A stretch of DNA of 64,000 nt from Eledone cirrhosa (lineage: Eukaryota): positions 32,984,001 through 33,048,000 of the forward strand of contig OZ024748.1 in NCBI GenBank assembly GCA_964016885.1, read 5' to 3'. Both the position numbers and the translations under genes were made by a program. The notes beneath the pieces were generated by a model. The model saw only the letters and a program-made list of their open reading frames with translations. It made no database searches and was not told the origin of the DNA. How positions within the stretch are numbered: position 1 is the first letter of the stretch; each line of letters starts with the position of its first letter. This document shows positions 26,337 through 40,620 of this stretch, one piece after another.

Positions 26337-28422
26337 TGCGACCTGAGATCGTTTAAAAGTTTGCCTTGTTTCCAAGACAGTACCAGGCCACGTACATTCA
26401 GACAACCAACTCTTATATCAGCCATGTTGGTTAAAAGAGGAAGGACTTACCTGTTCGGCTCCTGGGGAACAGGTTGCACAATATCCATGGGCGTATTGGA
26501 GGGGTTGTTTGGTGGGGTGTTGTTTTGTGGTGGGGTGGGGGTGTTTGGTGAGGTGTGGGTGTCTTGGGTGTGTGTGGGGAAACGTTTCAAGAGGACGCGG
26601 TTATAGGGTTGAGTACATGTTTTCCCCACGTCCTCAGGAAAGTTCTCTCTTAGTTTTGCATAGGTGTCCATTGGGAGTCTTATCATTTTTAAATGCGGTT
26701 TGTTGGCCGCGCTTGCAAAGAATTGCCCTTCAGTTTCCACCGAAGGGTCTTTGTGTATTGTTTTTACTAGTTCTTTGTTATTTGTGTTAATGTATGTATA
26801 CTGTTTTATTTGTGTTGTCTTTGTGTTTGTTTGTTGTTCTTGTGTGTGCTTGCGTTTTGTTGTATGTGTTATGTTTTGGGGTGGGGTGGTTTTTGTTTGT
26901 TCTGTTTGTTTTGTTTTTGTTGGTGGTTGTGTGTTTGTTTCGTTTATGTTCATGTGGTGTTTTCTTTTTTTTCTTTTTACAGGTTGGAAGGGTTCCCCCT
27001 CTTCATCACTAGGTGCCGTTTCAGCTGGGTCCTCGTCCGTGCTGTCGGGTAGTGGTGTATTTTGGGGTTTTGTTGTGTTTGTGTGTGTTTTTGGAGTTGT
27101 TTTGGGTGGGACCGTGTCTTGTATTGTTTATTCGTGTTGTTTTTGTTGTTGTTGCTTTTGTTGTTGTTGTGGTCGTGGTAGTGGTGGTGGTGGTGGCGGT
27201 GGTGGTGTGTGGGGTGTAGGCAAAAGAGCCTTTTTTTTGTCAATTGAGCACAGGCAGCCCTTAGATGACCCCTGCTTGAACAGTAGTAACATATGGGCCT
27301 CCTACCCTCGGCTGAAATGTATACAAATGTTTCTCCATCGAGGGACACCCTCTGTGGTATTCTTGCTATTCGTTCTGGTCTCATTTGGACCAGAACCTCC
27401 ATGCTCAAACCGCCGAAAACGTGTGGTGACTTCTCCTACTGAGAGGATTCCGTCCTCGTCTTCTAAAAATCCTGTTAGTACCCAGGAAATGCATGCGTTT
27501 GGCCGGATTCCGGAGACTCTTATTTTTAGCATTCTTTTCCCCAAGTATGTGGGGAAAAATATGTGTAGCTTGGAAACAATTGGCGACACAGAGTATTTCC
27601 TGGCCGTCAATTGATCCTTCATTAGCACCGTTATATTCCCATAGAGTAGCCCTTTTTGTATGAACGATATATCACTCCACACATTTTTTAGGACCAGCTC
27701 AATCTCTTTTTGGGATAATTGAGCTGGTTTCCTTGTTATGTTGGAAATTGTTCTGAAGGATATCGTTCTTAGTGTCGTGTCTCTTTTGATTTCTTGGGGG
27801 GAGGTGATTGTGAAGTCTCCTCCTTCTTTGAAAGTTACATACTGTTTTGCTTCCTTCATCTTTTCTCTCAGAGTTGTAATGTCCAGTTGCTTGCAGGTCT
27901 GTGTTTTTCGGACCGCCTGTGCAAAGGAGGCACCAGTAGTGTGTTCGCTTTGTTTGGTGTTATCGTTATTTTTTCCTTTTTTTCTTGGTTGGTGTTGTGA
28001 CTATTGCTGTTGTTTGTCGTGCTGTTATTGTCATTGTTGTTTTTGTCTGCGTTTATGTGACTTTCTGGGTTTTCACCCATTTTAACAAATTTTTCTTTTA
28101 ATTCCATGTTCCATGTTTCTTTTGCAGAAGTGAGGAGGGAAGACTTAGAGCATTGTGCTTCTAGCTTCTCTGTATCACCTTTCTTAGGGGGCGTGGCTTT
28201 CACGTTAGGATGAGATGTGAAAATTCCGTCCATTTCTATCAGTTTGTCGTAATAAATTTTTAAATGTAAAATTAAATAAACTCAAAGTCTGACGACCCAG
28301 GCAAGGGGTTAACGTATATTACAGTACAAAAATAATAAATCAAAACTCACTTTTGAGTAAGTAAATCCAACTCGGTAGCCGAGCTTGTTCACACACGTCA
28401 ACACACATCTCTCGTATACGAG
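26337..28422 (-). mobile_element. Tx1-like LINE copy B (5' UTR + ORF1 + first ~30 codons of ORF2)
   Basis: High identity to 20333-22362. Confidence 0.92.
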
Positions 28423-28767
28423 ATGTTATGTGAGATATTATGTGAGGTAAAGACTTTACTGTGAAAATACAATAGTATATATAGAGTAATGTAAATATTA
28501 TGTGAGGTAAAGCCTTTACTATGAAAATATAATAGTATATATAGAGTAATGTAAATGTTATGTGAGATATTATGTGAGGTAAAGACTTTACTGTGAAAAT
28601 ACAATAGTATATATAGAGAAACGTAAAGGTTATGTGAGATATTATGTGAGGTAAAGCTTTTACTGTGAAAATACAATAGATTATATATAGAGTAATGTAA
28701 ATGGTATGTGAGATATTATGTGAGGTAAAGACTTTACTGTGAATATACAATAGTATATATAGAGTAA
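28423..28767. repeat. 72-bp satellite array
   Basis: About 5 units between LINE copies B and C. Confidence 0.95.
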
Positions 28768-29003
28768 TTTCTTTATTTGCCACCAGGGCACAAAAGATAA
28801 GAACAGATACAAAGGGGGGAAGTTTACATATAATTAACGAGTACAAAAATATAACAATGAAATAACAACAACAAACGAAGTCCTCAATGGGGAGGGGGCA
28901 TTAACATGGGTCGCACACACCCCGGAAAAAATGTGCAAGCCTTCTCCTCAGGAGCACAAAAAGTAGGTGCTTCCCTCGTCTCCTCTTTTTCCTCTTCTTT
29001 CAC

Positions 29004-32000
29004 CTACAGGCTGATATAGAGAGAAGACCCATTCACTCTGGCCATTCTCCCTACTTTCACCCACCTTTCATAAAACTTGCTGGGGTAGAGCACCTCTCTC
29101 TCCATTCTGATCCTTCTTTTAAAATGGTATTTGAAAAAGGGGACCAGTTGTTGGCCGGAGAGAAAGGTGTCTGACCTCAGCCCTTTCAGCCTCGGCCACC
29201 ATACAACTTCTTTAGCCATGGCTATCACACAGAGAAAAACCGCCTCTCCTTCGTTTTTGAAAGGGGGAGGCGGTTTGATCGTGACAATGGACTCGGTGGT
29301 CAACCGGATTGGTGCCACCCTCGACAGTAGTCGTTCCACATAGCCCCACAGGTCAGCAATGCCTGGGGAGTGTACGAATGCGTGCGCAACGGTTTCGTCG
29401 TCATGCACGCATCTCGGACAGATCTTATTCAAAGGATCCCTACCCAGGCTCCCATGCCTGTGGAGCTTGTCTCGAACGGGTAGAGCCCCTCGGTAGCACT
29501 GCCAAGCCAGGGACTTTTGGAAGTTGTCCATCGGTCCAGAGCCAAACGTCCTAACGAACAGACTGGCCAGTTCATCTTCCTCCATGCCTAGAGCTTCTCC
29601 GAGAGCATCGTCGCACCTGCTGCGTACCAAACCTCTATAGAATGTCAAGGTGGAGTCTCCACTGATTTCCGGGTCCGCTTTCCAGAGGGCCGTGAGCGCC
29701 TGGGCACATTCAATGTGCCAGTCGCCCACTTTTCTCGGTCTTTGCTTGACCCAGGATTGCAGCTCGGTGAGCGAAACGAGTCTGGGAAAGGCTCGCCTCA
29801 CAAACGGGGCCCACACCGGTTGACCGGTGAGGAATACCTGGAGGTGCCGTAGCCTTAATACGTGTTTATGCATCTGTAGCCACGGCATCCCCAGCTCTCC
29901 TTTCGCTGGGTGTTGACAGCAGATGGATCTCCTCACCAAAGGGGTCCGCTTGTTCCAAAGAAATTGGAACAGCACGCACTCCATTTTGGCGAGTCTTTTC
30001 ACTGAGCAAGGCACGACGGTCAAGCGGTAGTAGATGACGGATGCTATATAAGCGTTCGGCACCTCCGCTCGACCTTTCAGGGATAGCTTGCACTGGGCCC
30101 ACTTCTGGGCGAGTGAAAACACCCTGGCCGTTACCTCATTCCAGTTTTTCTCCATCTGGAGGTCTGGTCCGAACCAGACCCTAAGCAGCTTCACCGGGCC
30201 CTCCATCCAGCGTCCGACGACATCGTTGGAGGGCATCGGTTTGCCTCTCCATGTTCCGAGTTGCAAACCGACGGACTTGTCCCGGTTCAGCTTGGCTCCT
30301 GTAAACCTTTCATATTCCTCCAGTAAGGTGCCAATCTCACCGATTTGCGAGGTTCTCGACACCATTACTGTCACGTCATCGGCGAAGGCCGACGCCGCTT
30401 TCTGCAATCCCGGTTCCAAAGGGATGCCCTGCAACCGCTCCAACTTCCGCAGTAGTGGGTCAAGAGCCAGCACATACAGAAGGGTGGAGAGAGGGCATCC
30501 CTGTCGGATGGATCGCATGATTTGGAACGGCTCCGAGAGGTGGCCGTTCACCTTGACCCTTGAGCAGACGTTGCTGCTGTGCATCGCAGCAATCCGACCC
30601 CTGAAAACGGGTCCGAAGCCTGCCGCCGCGAGCACCGCATCCAGGTAACGATGGTCAACCCTATCGAAAGCTTTAGATTGATCCAAGTTGATCAGGGCCC
30701 CACCAAAGCCGGGTTCATTCCCTACCCTCTCTATGATGTATCGCATAAGGTGGAGATTGTCGTGAATGGACCTGGACGGGATTGCACATGTCTGCGCTTC
30801 TCCCACCAGGTTTTCGACGACAAGCGCCAACCTCTTCACTAAGACCTTGGCCAAAATCTTTAACTCTGCATTTAGCAGAGTTATGTGCCTGAAGTTACTT
30901 ATGTCCTCCCCCTTGTTCTCGTCGTTCCTCACCAGCGTAACTACGCCCTTGGCCACAGAACTGGGAATTCTCCCGTTCTGCTGCCAGTTGCAGTAGACCG
31001 CTTCGAGGATATCGGAGAACAAGTCCGGCATCGCTACATATAGCTCGTATAGTAGACCATCGAGACCCGGGGATTTGCGTTTGCCGCATTGGCTCAGCGC
31101 CGCCCCTATCTCAGCAGCTGAAATCGTCCTTTCGCAGGACTTCGCCTCCGCGACCGAGAGGCGCGGCAGACCGTCGAGGTATGGATTGAAATCCATAGTC
31201 TCACCCGGCGCACCGCCCCTCCCGAACAGTCGTCCAAAGTGCCGATGAAAGGCCGCACACATCTGCCCAGGTTCAAGGATCACACACCCATCCTGGTCCT
31301 TGAAAGACCGAATCGTGGACTTGTTCCCATTTTTTGCCTCTGTCACTCAGGCCCAGCTAACAGCTTTGGCTCCCTCATTACCCAGAGCACGTATTTTACT
31401 CCTGACAATGCAGCCCTCGTGCTTCACATCAAAGAACTGGTCTAAGGCCATTCTTGATGCCAGCACGCTGGCTATATTGCCACTCCTAATCGCCTCTTCT
31501 ACTCTATCTACTAATTCCCTTTCCATCTTGTTCCTATCCCTTGCTAATTCCTGACTAAAACCTATCGATTCTATTCTAATTGCTCTCTTAAGACTGCTCC
31601 ACCACCTGTTGTTGACAATTGCCCCTGTCAAACTCTGCTTAACTAACGTTCTAATCCGTTTACTGTAAGCTTTGCTTGTCGGTAAGGACAAGTTCAGCTT
31701 CCAGTAACCGGGTCCCTGTCTATGGGTTCTATCAAGGTTGACTATGCAGGTCACTAACTTGTGATCAGAATAGTCAACCATGAACATTTTTGGACAGCTA
31801 AATGTGTCCCTATCCTTATCTCTAACTAGGACCCTATCTAGGTATGACCTAAATGTTCTGCTACGATTGGTGCACGTCCAATGTGGTACAGTCGGAAAAT
31901 CTAGACGATATCTATCGGACAGGTCAAATCGGCCGATTAACCTTTTGAGGCTTTTACACCCCCCCCCCCCCTCTATTGGCACATGCCCCTACATAGTCCC

Positions 32001-32450
32001 AACGTGCATCCAGGATACCATTCCAGTCACCCACTAAAAGCAAGGAGCGGGATGTTCCCAGAAAAGTCTCCAGACGTTGGAAGTAGTCCGGCCGTGCTGC
32101 CCAAAAAGGGGCGTACACAGCAATTAGTCTAAGGGCTCCACTTTCACTACTGCCGACGTCTAAAACCACCAGTCGACCCTCCGGGTCCAGGTGCACCTTC
32201 TGTATGGCGAGGCCCAGGTGTTTTCGCTGCAGAACAACAACCCCACCCCCACCCACCCCCGGTTGACAGAGAGATGCGAATATCTCAAAGTCGTCGAATA
32301 GGGGCGCCAGTTGGCGCTCACTGCTGATCCTGGACTCGCAAATAGCCATTACATCCATTCTATGTGACCTGAGATCGTTTAAAAGTTTGCCTTGTTTCCA
32401 AGACAGTCCCAGGCCGCGTACATTCAGACACCCAATCTTATATCAACCAT
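29004..32450 (-). pseudogene. LINE ORF2 (APE-RT), disrupted
   Basis: 780-aa open RT portion (FADD); CGA>TGA stop at 31347; frameshifts near 31970 and 32435. Confidence 0.92.
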
Positions 32451-32471
32451 GTTGGTTAAAAGAGGAAGGAC

Positions 32472-33914
32472 CTACCTGTTCGGCTCCTGAGGAACAGGTT
32501 GCACAATATCCATGGGCGTATTGGAGGGGTTGTTTGGTGGGGTGTTGTTCTGTGGGGGTGTTTGGTGAGGTGTGGGTGTCTTGGGTGTGGGTGGGGAAAC
32601 GTTTCAAGAGGACGCGGTTATAGGGTCGAGTACATGTTTTCCCCACGTCCTCAGGAAAGTTCTCTCTTAGTTTTGCATAGGTGTGCATTGGGAGTCTTAT
32701 CATTTTTAAATGCGGTTTGTTGGCCGCGCTTGCAAAGAATTGCCCTTCAGTTTCCACCGAAGGGTCTTTGTGTATTGTTTTTACTAGTTCTTTGTTATTT
32801 GTGTTAATGTATGTATACTGTTTTATTTGTGTTGTGTTTGTTTGTTGTTCTTGTATGTGCTTGCATTTTGTTGTATGTGTTATGTTTTGGGGTGGGGTGG
32901 TTTTTGTTTGTTCTGTTTGTTTTGTTTTTGTTGGTGGTTGTGTGTTTGTTTCGTTTATGTTCATGTGGTGTTTTCTTTTTTTTCTTTTTACAGGTTAGAA
33001 GGGTTCCCCCTCTTCGTCACTATGTGCCGTTTCAGCTGGGTCCTCGTCCGTGCTGTCGGGTAGTGGTGTATTTTGGGGTTTTGTTGTTTGTGTGTGTTTT
33101 TGGAGTTGTTTTGGGTGGGACCGTGTCTTGTGTTGTTTATTCGTGTTGTTTTTGTTGTTGTTGTTGTTGTTTTTGTTGTTGTTGTGGTAGTGGTAGTGGT
33201 GGTGGTGGTGGTGGTGGTGGCGGTGGTGGTGTGTGGGGTGTAGGCAAAAGAGCTTTTTTTTGTCAATTGAGGACAGGCAGCCCTTAGATGACCCCTGCTT
33301 GAACAGTAGTAACATATGGGCCTCCTACCCTCGGCTGAAATGTATACAAATGTTTCTCCATCGAGGGACACCCTCTGTGGTATTCTTGCTATTCGTTCTG
33401 GTCTCATTTGGACCAGAACCTCCACGTTCAAATCGCCGAAAACGTGTGGTGACTTCTCCTAATGAGAGTATTCCGTCCTCGTCTTCTAAAAATCCTGTTA
33501 GTACCCAGGAAATGCATGCATTTGGCCGGATTCCGGAGACTCTTATTTTTTGCGTTCTTTTCCCCAAGTATGTGGGGAAAAATGTGTGTAGCTTGGAAAC
33601 AATTGGCTTGGAAACCAGTAGTGGGTTCGCTTTGTTTGGTGTTATCGTTATTTTTTTCCTTTTTTTCTTGGTTGGTGTTGTGACTATTGCTGTTGTTTGT
33701 CGTGCTGTTAATGTCATTGTTGTTTTTGTCTGCGTTTATGTGACTTTCTGGGTTTTCACCCATTTTTACAAATTTTTCTTTTAATTCCGTGTTTCATGTT
33801 TCTTTTGCAGAAGTGAGGAGGGAAGACTTAGAGCATTGTGCTTCTAGCTTCTCTGTATCACCTTTCTTAGGGGTCGTGGCTTTCGTTAGGATGAGATGTG
33901 AAAATTCCGTCCAT
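32472..33914 (-). pseudogene. LINE ORF1, disrupted
   Basis: CYYCSSRGHLRAAC; matches copy A. Confidence 0.85.
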
Positions 33915-34125
33915 TTCTATCAGTTTGCCGTAATAAATTTTTTAATGTAAAATTCGCCCCAAAAAGGGGCGAAAATAAATAAACTCAAAGTCTGACTATC
34001 CAGGCAAGGGGTTAACGTATATTACAGTACAAAAACAAAAAATCAAAACTCACTTTTGAGTAGGTATATCCAACTCGGTAGCCGAGCTTGTTAACACACG
34101 TCAACACACGTCTCTTGTATACGAC

Positions 34126-34646
34126 ATGTTATGTGAGATATTATGTGAGGTAAAGAATTTACTGTGACAATACAATAGTATATATAGAGTAATGTAAATG
34201 TTATGTGAGATAATTATGTGAGGTAAAGCCTTTACTGTGAAAATACAATAGTATATATAGAGTAATGTAAATATTAAGTGAGATATGTGAGGTAAAGCCT
34301 TTACTATGAAAATATAATAGTATATATAGAGTAATGTAAATGTTATGTGAGATATTATGTGAGGTAAAGACTTTACTGTGAAAATACAATAGTATATATA
34401 GAGTAATGTATATGTTATGTGAGATATTATGTGAGGTAAATCCTTTACTGTGAAAATACAATAGTATATATAGAGAAACGTAAAGGTTATGTGAGATATT
34501 ATGTGAGGTAAAGACTTTACTGTGAAAATACAATAGTATATATAGAGTAATGAACATGTTATGTGAGATAATTATGTGAGGTAGAGCCTTTACTGTGAAA
34601 ATACAATAGTATATATAGTGTAATGTAAATGTTATGTGAGGTAAAG
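34126..34646. repeat. 72-bp satellite array
   Basis: About 7 units. Confidence 0.95.
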
Positions 34647-34967
34647 CTTCTTCTTCTGTCTCTCTCTCACACATTATCTCTTCCTATCTCTATAGAAAGC
34701 CAGATCCTTTCTCAACCATGAAACCACGTATTACTTGATGTCCTGTTTAGGGGTCACAAAATGTCAGATTTCTCTGACCCTATACTTTCGCTCATAATCA
34801 AGGTAAGATCTCCCTTAATTCATATCCTTGCTTTGTGTGGTAGGTGTTAGGAAGGGCCTCCAGCTGTAAAATACCAACAGTCCTCACCGGAGCAAAGCAC
34901 AATGGGGGCCAACTATGCTAGACTTGACCCAGACTCTGCCTCCTTCACTGTGATTATCACCAGAACT

Positions 34968-35302
34968 ATCATCATCATCATTTTAAGTCCACTTTTCTCT
35001 GCTTCCAAGGGTGGGATGGGAACTGATTATGGGTTGATTTCTACAGCTAGATACCCTTGCTAACACCAACCTCATTTACAGTGAGTGCTGGGTGCTTTTT
35101 TGCCGTGGCACCTCCATGACCACTTTGCAGTGGAATGCTAGGGATGCCAGTCCTATCATCTCATTTCTACAGCTGAGTAAGCTGGAGCAATGTGAAATAA
35201 AGTGTCTTGCTCAAGGAAACAACACATCACCCGGTTTGAGAATTGAAATCACAACCTTTCGATTACAAGGTTAATGCTCTAACCACTAAGCCATGTGCCT
35301 CC
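34968..35302 (-). mobile_element. SINE family B
   Basis: Matches 52222-52586. Confidence 0.85.
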
Positions 35303-35747
35303 ATATATATATATATATTTATATCAAGCAAGAATTTGTTGGTGATTCCTCTCTCTTCCACAGAATCTCTGTATTGGACAATAAGACTCAGGACAGTGTC
35401 TCCTTCATATGTTGGACTACCTCAACTCCAACGATCCTCTCACAGGTAAGTACATATCAATCAAAGGTGGAGGTGAACTAATTATCAAAGTACTTCAACA
35501 TCTTTTTAACTGTTTTATCACTACAGGAAAAAAGCCCAGACATGTTCAAGAAGGCATTGATAGTTGTACTCTACAAAAAGGTAGCAGACTTGATTGTGGG
35601 AACTATTGTCCTATCAGCCTACTAACCCTTTAATGTTCAAACCGGCCAGACTTCTCTACCTCTTTCTGTTGAAACTGGCTGTAACTGGCCACTCAAACTG
35701 ATGTTATGGTATTGTTCTCAAAATAAATACTTTCAAAATCTCATAGA

Positions 35748-36380
35748 TGTGATATTATGTGAGGTAAAGACTTTACTATGAAAATACAATAGTATATATA
35801 GAGTAATGTAAATGTTCTGGGAGATATTATGTAAGATAAAGCCTTTACTGTGAAAATACAATAGTATATATAGAGTAGTGTAAATGTTATGTGAGATATT
35901 ATCCGAGGTAAAGCCTTTACTGTGAAAATATAATAGTATATATAGAGTAATGTAAATGTTTTGTGAGATATTATGTGTGATACAGACTTTACTGTGAAAA
36001 TATAATAGTATATATAGAGTAATGTAAATGTCATGTGAGATATTATGTGAGGTAAAGACTTTACTGTGAAAATACAATAGTATATATAGTGTAATGTAAA
36101 TGTTGTGGGATATTATGTAAGATAAAGCCTTTACTTTGAAAATACAATAGTATATCTAGAGTAATGTAAATGTTATGTGAGATATTATGTGAGGTAAAGC
36201 CTTTACTCTGAAAATACTATAGATTATATATAGAGTAATGTAAATGGTATGTGAGACATTATGTGAGGTAAAGACTTTACTGTGAATATACAATAGTATA
36301 TATAGAGTAATGTAAATGTTATGTGAGATAATTATGTGAGGTAGACCCTTTGCTGTGAAAATACAATAGTATATATAGTG
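35748..36380. repeat. 72-bp satellite array, interrupted by Gypsy and resuming at 42233
   Basis: Direct units. Confidence 0.95.
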
Positions 36381-37083
36381 TGTAACGGAATATTATATGT
36401 GGTTGTAACGATAAGTGGATGGATGGATGTAACTGTTGGTATGGTGGTTTCGATGTAAAGAAAAATACCAGGATTGTGTTGTTACAAAGTTTATTTTATT
36501 ACAACAATATCTAATTTGAATATTGAATGATAAAATAATTGACACAAAATATTCATACAATAATTTGGTGGCTCTTCGAGCCACGTAAATTCAAGTATCA
36601 CAGAATACGATTATAATATGTGTAAACAGAAATGAATGGTGCGTGTACAAATGCTGGACAACCTATGAATTGCGTGTGTGCGGCGTATCAGTATATTTAC
36701 TTATTTGTATTGCAGGAGTCAGCGATCAGCCAGGAAGGTGAGAATAAGTGGCAGACTGGTTTTTCGTGACGAGAGTTTAAAAACGACTTGTCTTGTCTCT
36801 ATCCCACTTCTTTTCTGTCGGGGCGTGAACAACCCCTGTATTTATAAGAGTTGAAGTTAGAAGGATAGATATATCCTCTGAACTTTGGTTAGTCTCCCAA
36901 GGGATTAGTTTGCCAAGCGTAAACAAGTCAGACCTCTGACCTATTTTCTGTCAGGCGTAAACACCTCTGACCTGTGTTTTGCCTCTCCCAAGAGGTTAGT
37001 CTCTTACGCGTAAACAAGTTACCACGGCTTATCCCAGAGGCGGCAAAGCTCAGATTCGGTTTCGAATCTTCGCCGCCGTTATA
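36381..37083 (-). repeat. Gypsy 3' LTR
   Basis: Direct repeat of 41518-42232; PPT (ggagggagggggggggg) at about 37087-37103. Confidence 0.93.
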
Positions 37084-37551
37084 GTACCCCCCCCCCTCCC
37101 TCCAGTGAGAAAGCTAAGATTGAACGATCTAGGTGCATGTGAAATGAAGATAGGTATGACTAGGTGTGTTGTTGAAGAAAATCAGTAAAAATAAAAAAAC
37201 ACATGAAAGTCATTTACAAACAGGAGACTTGCAAAGCAAAAGAAATTTACACACAGGAAAATGTACGGTGATTTTACATAAAACTGAAAATGTTCGTACG
37301 AAAAGTTTGTTGATTAAAAGTTCGTTCATTTCATAGAAACGGAAAAATGTTCTTTTGTCTGTTCTTTTGATGTGGGTGATGCACAGAGTTAATTGATTTG
37401 TGTGTAACAATAGTTCATGACCACAGAAATTGGCCGATTCGTTGAAACGTACAAATTAGCTGAAATGTCGACCAGATGCATAATTTGTACTTACCCGATA
37501 AACTTGTACGTATCGCGTGGACCATCGGACTGTTCTTCCAGATTTGGTGTG

Positions 37552-40500
37552 TCAGGGTTGTGCAGAATTTGCTGTGTTTGTGTCGGGCAAAGTTATTGGT
37601 GAGTCTGCTGGAGAAACGGTGGGTACTGGTGGCAATTCCTGTTCTATGAACGCTTTTTTTAAACGATCAATGGAGACAGTATTTCGTTTCCCGTTCAAGT
37701 CGAGGACGAAATACTTAGGGCATTTCTGTATCACCTTATAGGGCCCGGAATACGGCGGACGAAGTTGCGATGGAATACCGTCATTTCTAACGAAAACATG
37801 CGTCCATGTATCGATGTCTTTTGGTATGTGTGAAGTAACGTGCTGTTGTTTAGGGGCTGAAGGAGACAGATGCGACATCGATGACCGTAAACGGTGCACA
37901 TATTTTGTAGGGTCTGGAAGTTCTTGTGGCGAAACAGGAGCAATCATTTGTCCGGGTAGAGTGAGTACGGTGCCATACACCATTTCAGCCGGAGAATGTC
38001 CGACTCCCTCCTTAACAGTGGAACAAATACCAAGAAGAATGAGTGGGAGGTATTCAAACCAGTTAGTGGAGTCTTCGTAAGCCTTGATAGATGATTTTAG
38101 CTGGCGGTGTAAGCGTTCTACCATGCCGTTAGCGACAGGGTGATATGCTGTTGTACGGATGTGTTTGCACCCGAGGAGACGAGTCAGCTCGGTAAATAGG
38201 TGCGAATCGAACTGACGTCCTCTATCCCTAGTGATGGTCGCGGGTGTGCCGAAACGCAAAACCCAGTGAAACACTAGCGTTTTGGCGACAGTTTCCGCAG
38301 TAATATCCGTCAGGGGAAAAGCTTCTGCCCAGCGAGAAAATCGGTCAACACAGGTGAGAAGATGAGTGTAGTTGTGAGAAGGAGGCAAAGGTCCAACGAT
38401 GTCTATATGCACATGTTGGAACCGTGCATCAGGTGTTGCGAAAGAACCGATTGGGGCTTTGATGTGCCGGTGAATTTTTTCGCCTTCTGGCACGCGATAC
38501 AGTTCCTATCCCATTCGCGGGTGTCCTTGTTGATGTTGGGCCACACAAAGCGGGCAACCAACAGTTTCTGCGTGGCGCGGACGCCAGGATGTGCCAGAGA
38601 ATGCAGTGCCGAGAAAACGTTGCGTCGATGTTTCCGGGGCACGTATGGAAACTCCTGGCCTGTGGAGATGTCGCACCAAATATAACCCGAAGAAGAGGGC
38701 AGCGGGCATTCCTTCAATTTCAAGGATGATTTCCGGAGTTGCAGCAGTTCCTCGTCATTCTGTTGATCTGCTGCAATCTTCTGGAGGTCGATAGTGGCAG
38801 TGGTGTGGATTGCGTTAATCTCCATGCGCGATAGGGCATCAGCTGCTGAGTTGGTTTCACCCTTAATGTACCGAATATCAGTAGTGTACTGAGAAATGAA
38901 GTCCATGTCGGACCTCCCTGGGTGAGTGTCGGTCTGACTTGGCATTGAACGCGAACACTAGTGGTTTGTGGTCGGTGTATATAGAGAACACACGACCTTC
39001 TAGCATGTGGCGAAAATGCTTGACAACAAGGTATGCTGCCAATAATTCACGACTGAATGTGCTGTACTTAGTTTCGGCGGGTTTTAATCGCTTAGAGAAA
39101 AAAGATACAGGTCGCCAAATATCGCAAGAGAGTTGGTGAAGCACACCTCCAACTCCGAAATCGGATGCATCAGTCAATAAACACATTAGGGCGTCACGTT
39201 TGGGGTAACTCAGCATTGTAGCCTCGGACAACATTTTCTTCAACTCAGCGAAAGCGGTACATTCTTTTTCGCTGAGCTTGATGTTTGCGTTTTTGGTTGT
39301 ACGCTGCCGCAGCAAATCTGTGAGGGGTTGGGCTGTCTCTGCACAGTGGGGTATAAATCTTCTGTAGAAGTTTACCAGGCCAAGAAATTCTCGCAGTTTG
39401 CGGAGAGATGTAGGTTGTGGAAAATCAATGATGGATTTGACTTTCTCCTTAAGTGGGCGAATACCATCTTTGTCAATGATGTGTCCCAGAAAATGAAGGG
39501 ACGCAACTCCGAACTCACATTTGCTGGGGTTGATAACAATTCCGTATTCACGCAAACGTGTGAATAGGAGATCCAGGTGTTTCTCATATTCTTCATCGGA
39601 GCTGCTGGCCACCAGTAAGTCGTCAATGTATGCGTATACAAAAGGTAGACCTCTGGTGACTGTATCGATGAATCGCTGGAATGTCTGCGCTGCATTTCGC
39701 AAACCGAAAGGCATACGCAGAAATTCGAACATTCCAAAGGGTGTTGTGACTGCGGTCTTTGGAATATCTGCGGGCTCAACGGGTATCTGATTGTAAGCTC
39801 GCACAAGATCGATCTTCGAAAATATGCGAGCCCCGTGCAGTGAGCTAGAGAAGTCCTGTAGATGAGGCGCTGGATAAGAGTCAGGAACGGTGCAGTTGTT
39901 TAGTGCATGGTAGTCGCCACAGATTCGCCAGTTGTTCGACGACTTCTTGGGTACACAGTGTATGGGTGAGGACCAGTTGCTGCTGGACGGACGTATGATG
40001 CCGAGATCCAGCATGTGCTGAAATTCTTGTTTGACGGACTTCAGCCGGTCTGGTGGTAGCCTTCTAGGTCGTGCAGCGACAGGTGGGCCGTGTGTTTTTA
40101 TGTGGTGTGTGACGTCATGTTTTACAGGGCAAGCGTTGAATAGTGGTCGAGTTACGTCTGGGTATTTGTTGATGATGTGGTTGTGCCGAGTTGTTGTCGA
40201 TCGTGAAATGACTGGACTGACTGTGGCTGTCCTAGCGGCTATGCTGCGCACAGCGAGACCAGTGGAGTTGTCAACGAGTCGTTGGTTTTTCAGATCCACT
40301 AGCAGCGAGAAGTACTGAAGAAAATCAGCTCCTAAAATAGAGGTCGGCAGCTTAGCCACAACGAATACCCACTGGAAAGTGCGGCGTAGTCCCAAATTTA
40401 GTGTCAGGGACTGTTCTCTGTAGGTCGGAATATCTGAGTGATTCACCGCCTGGAGCCAGGCTGGTGTCTCTCTCCTTTTTCCAGGAACGCAGGAAACCGG

Positions 40501-40620
40501 GATGATGCTCACTTCAGCACCGGTGTCGACCAGGAAACGCGTGCCTGTGACGCGATCCTGAATAAAAAATAGGCGACTTTGGTTATGAGGGCCAGAAACG
40601 TCTGTCGCATTCAGTTTCTG
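37552..40620 (-). pseudogene. Gypsy pol (protease, RT, RNase H, integrase), frameshifted
   Basis: [40 protein letters not shown]...[28 protein letters not shown]. Confidence 0.95.

Larger units (their letters stand above)
28768..34125 (-). mobile_element. Tx1-like LINE copy C, near full length
   Basis: Both termini present; internal ORF1 deletion near 33610. Confidence 0.93.

Noticed and set aside
25940-26425. 161-aa ORF fusing the LINE ORF2 start to satellite repeats
   Set aside because: Product of a deletion junction; the stop-free satellite frame is incidental.
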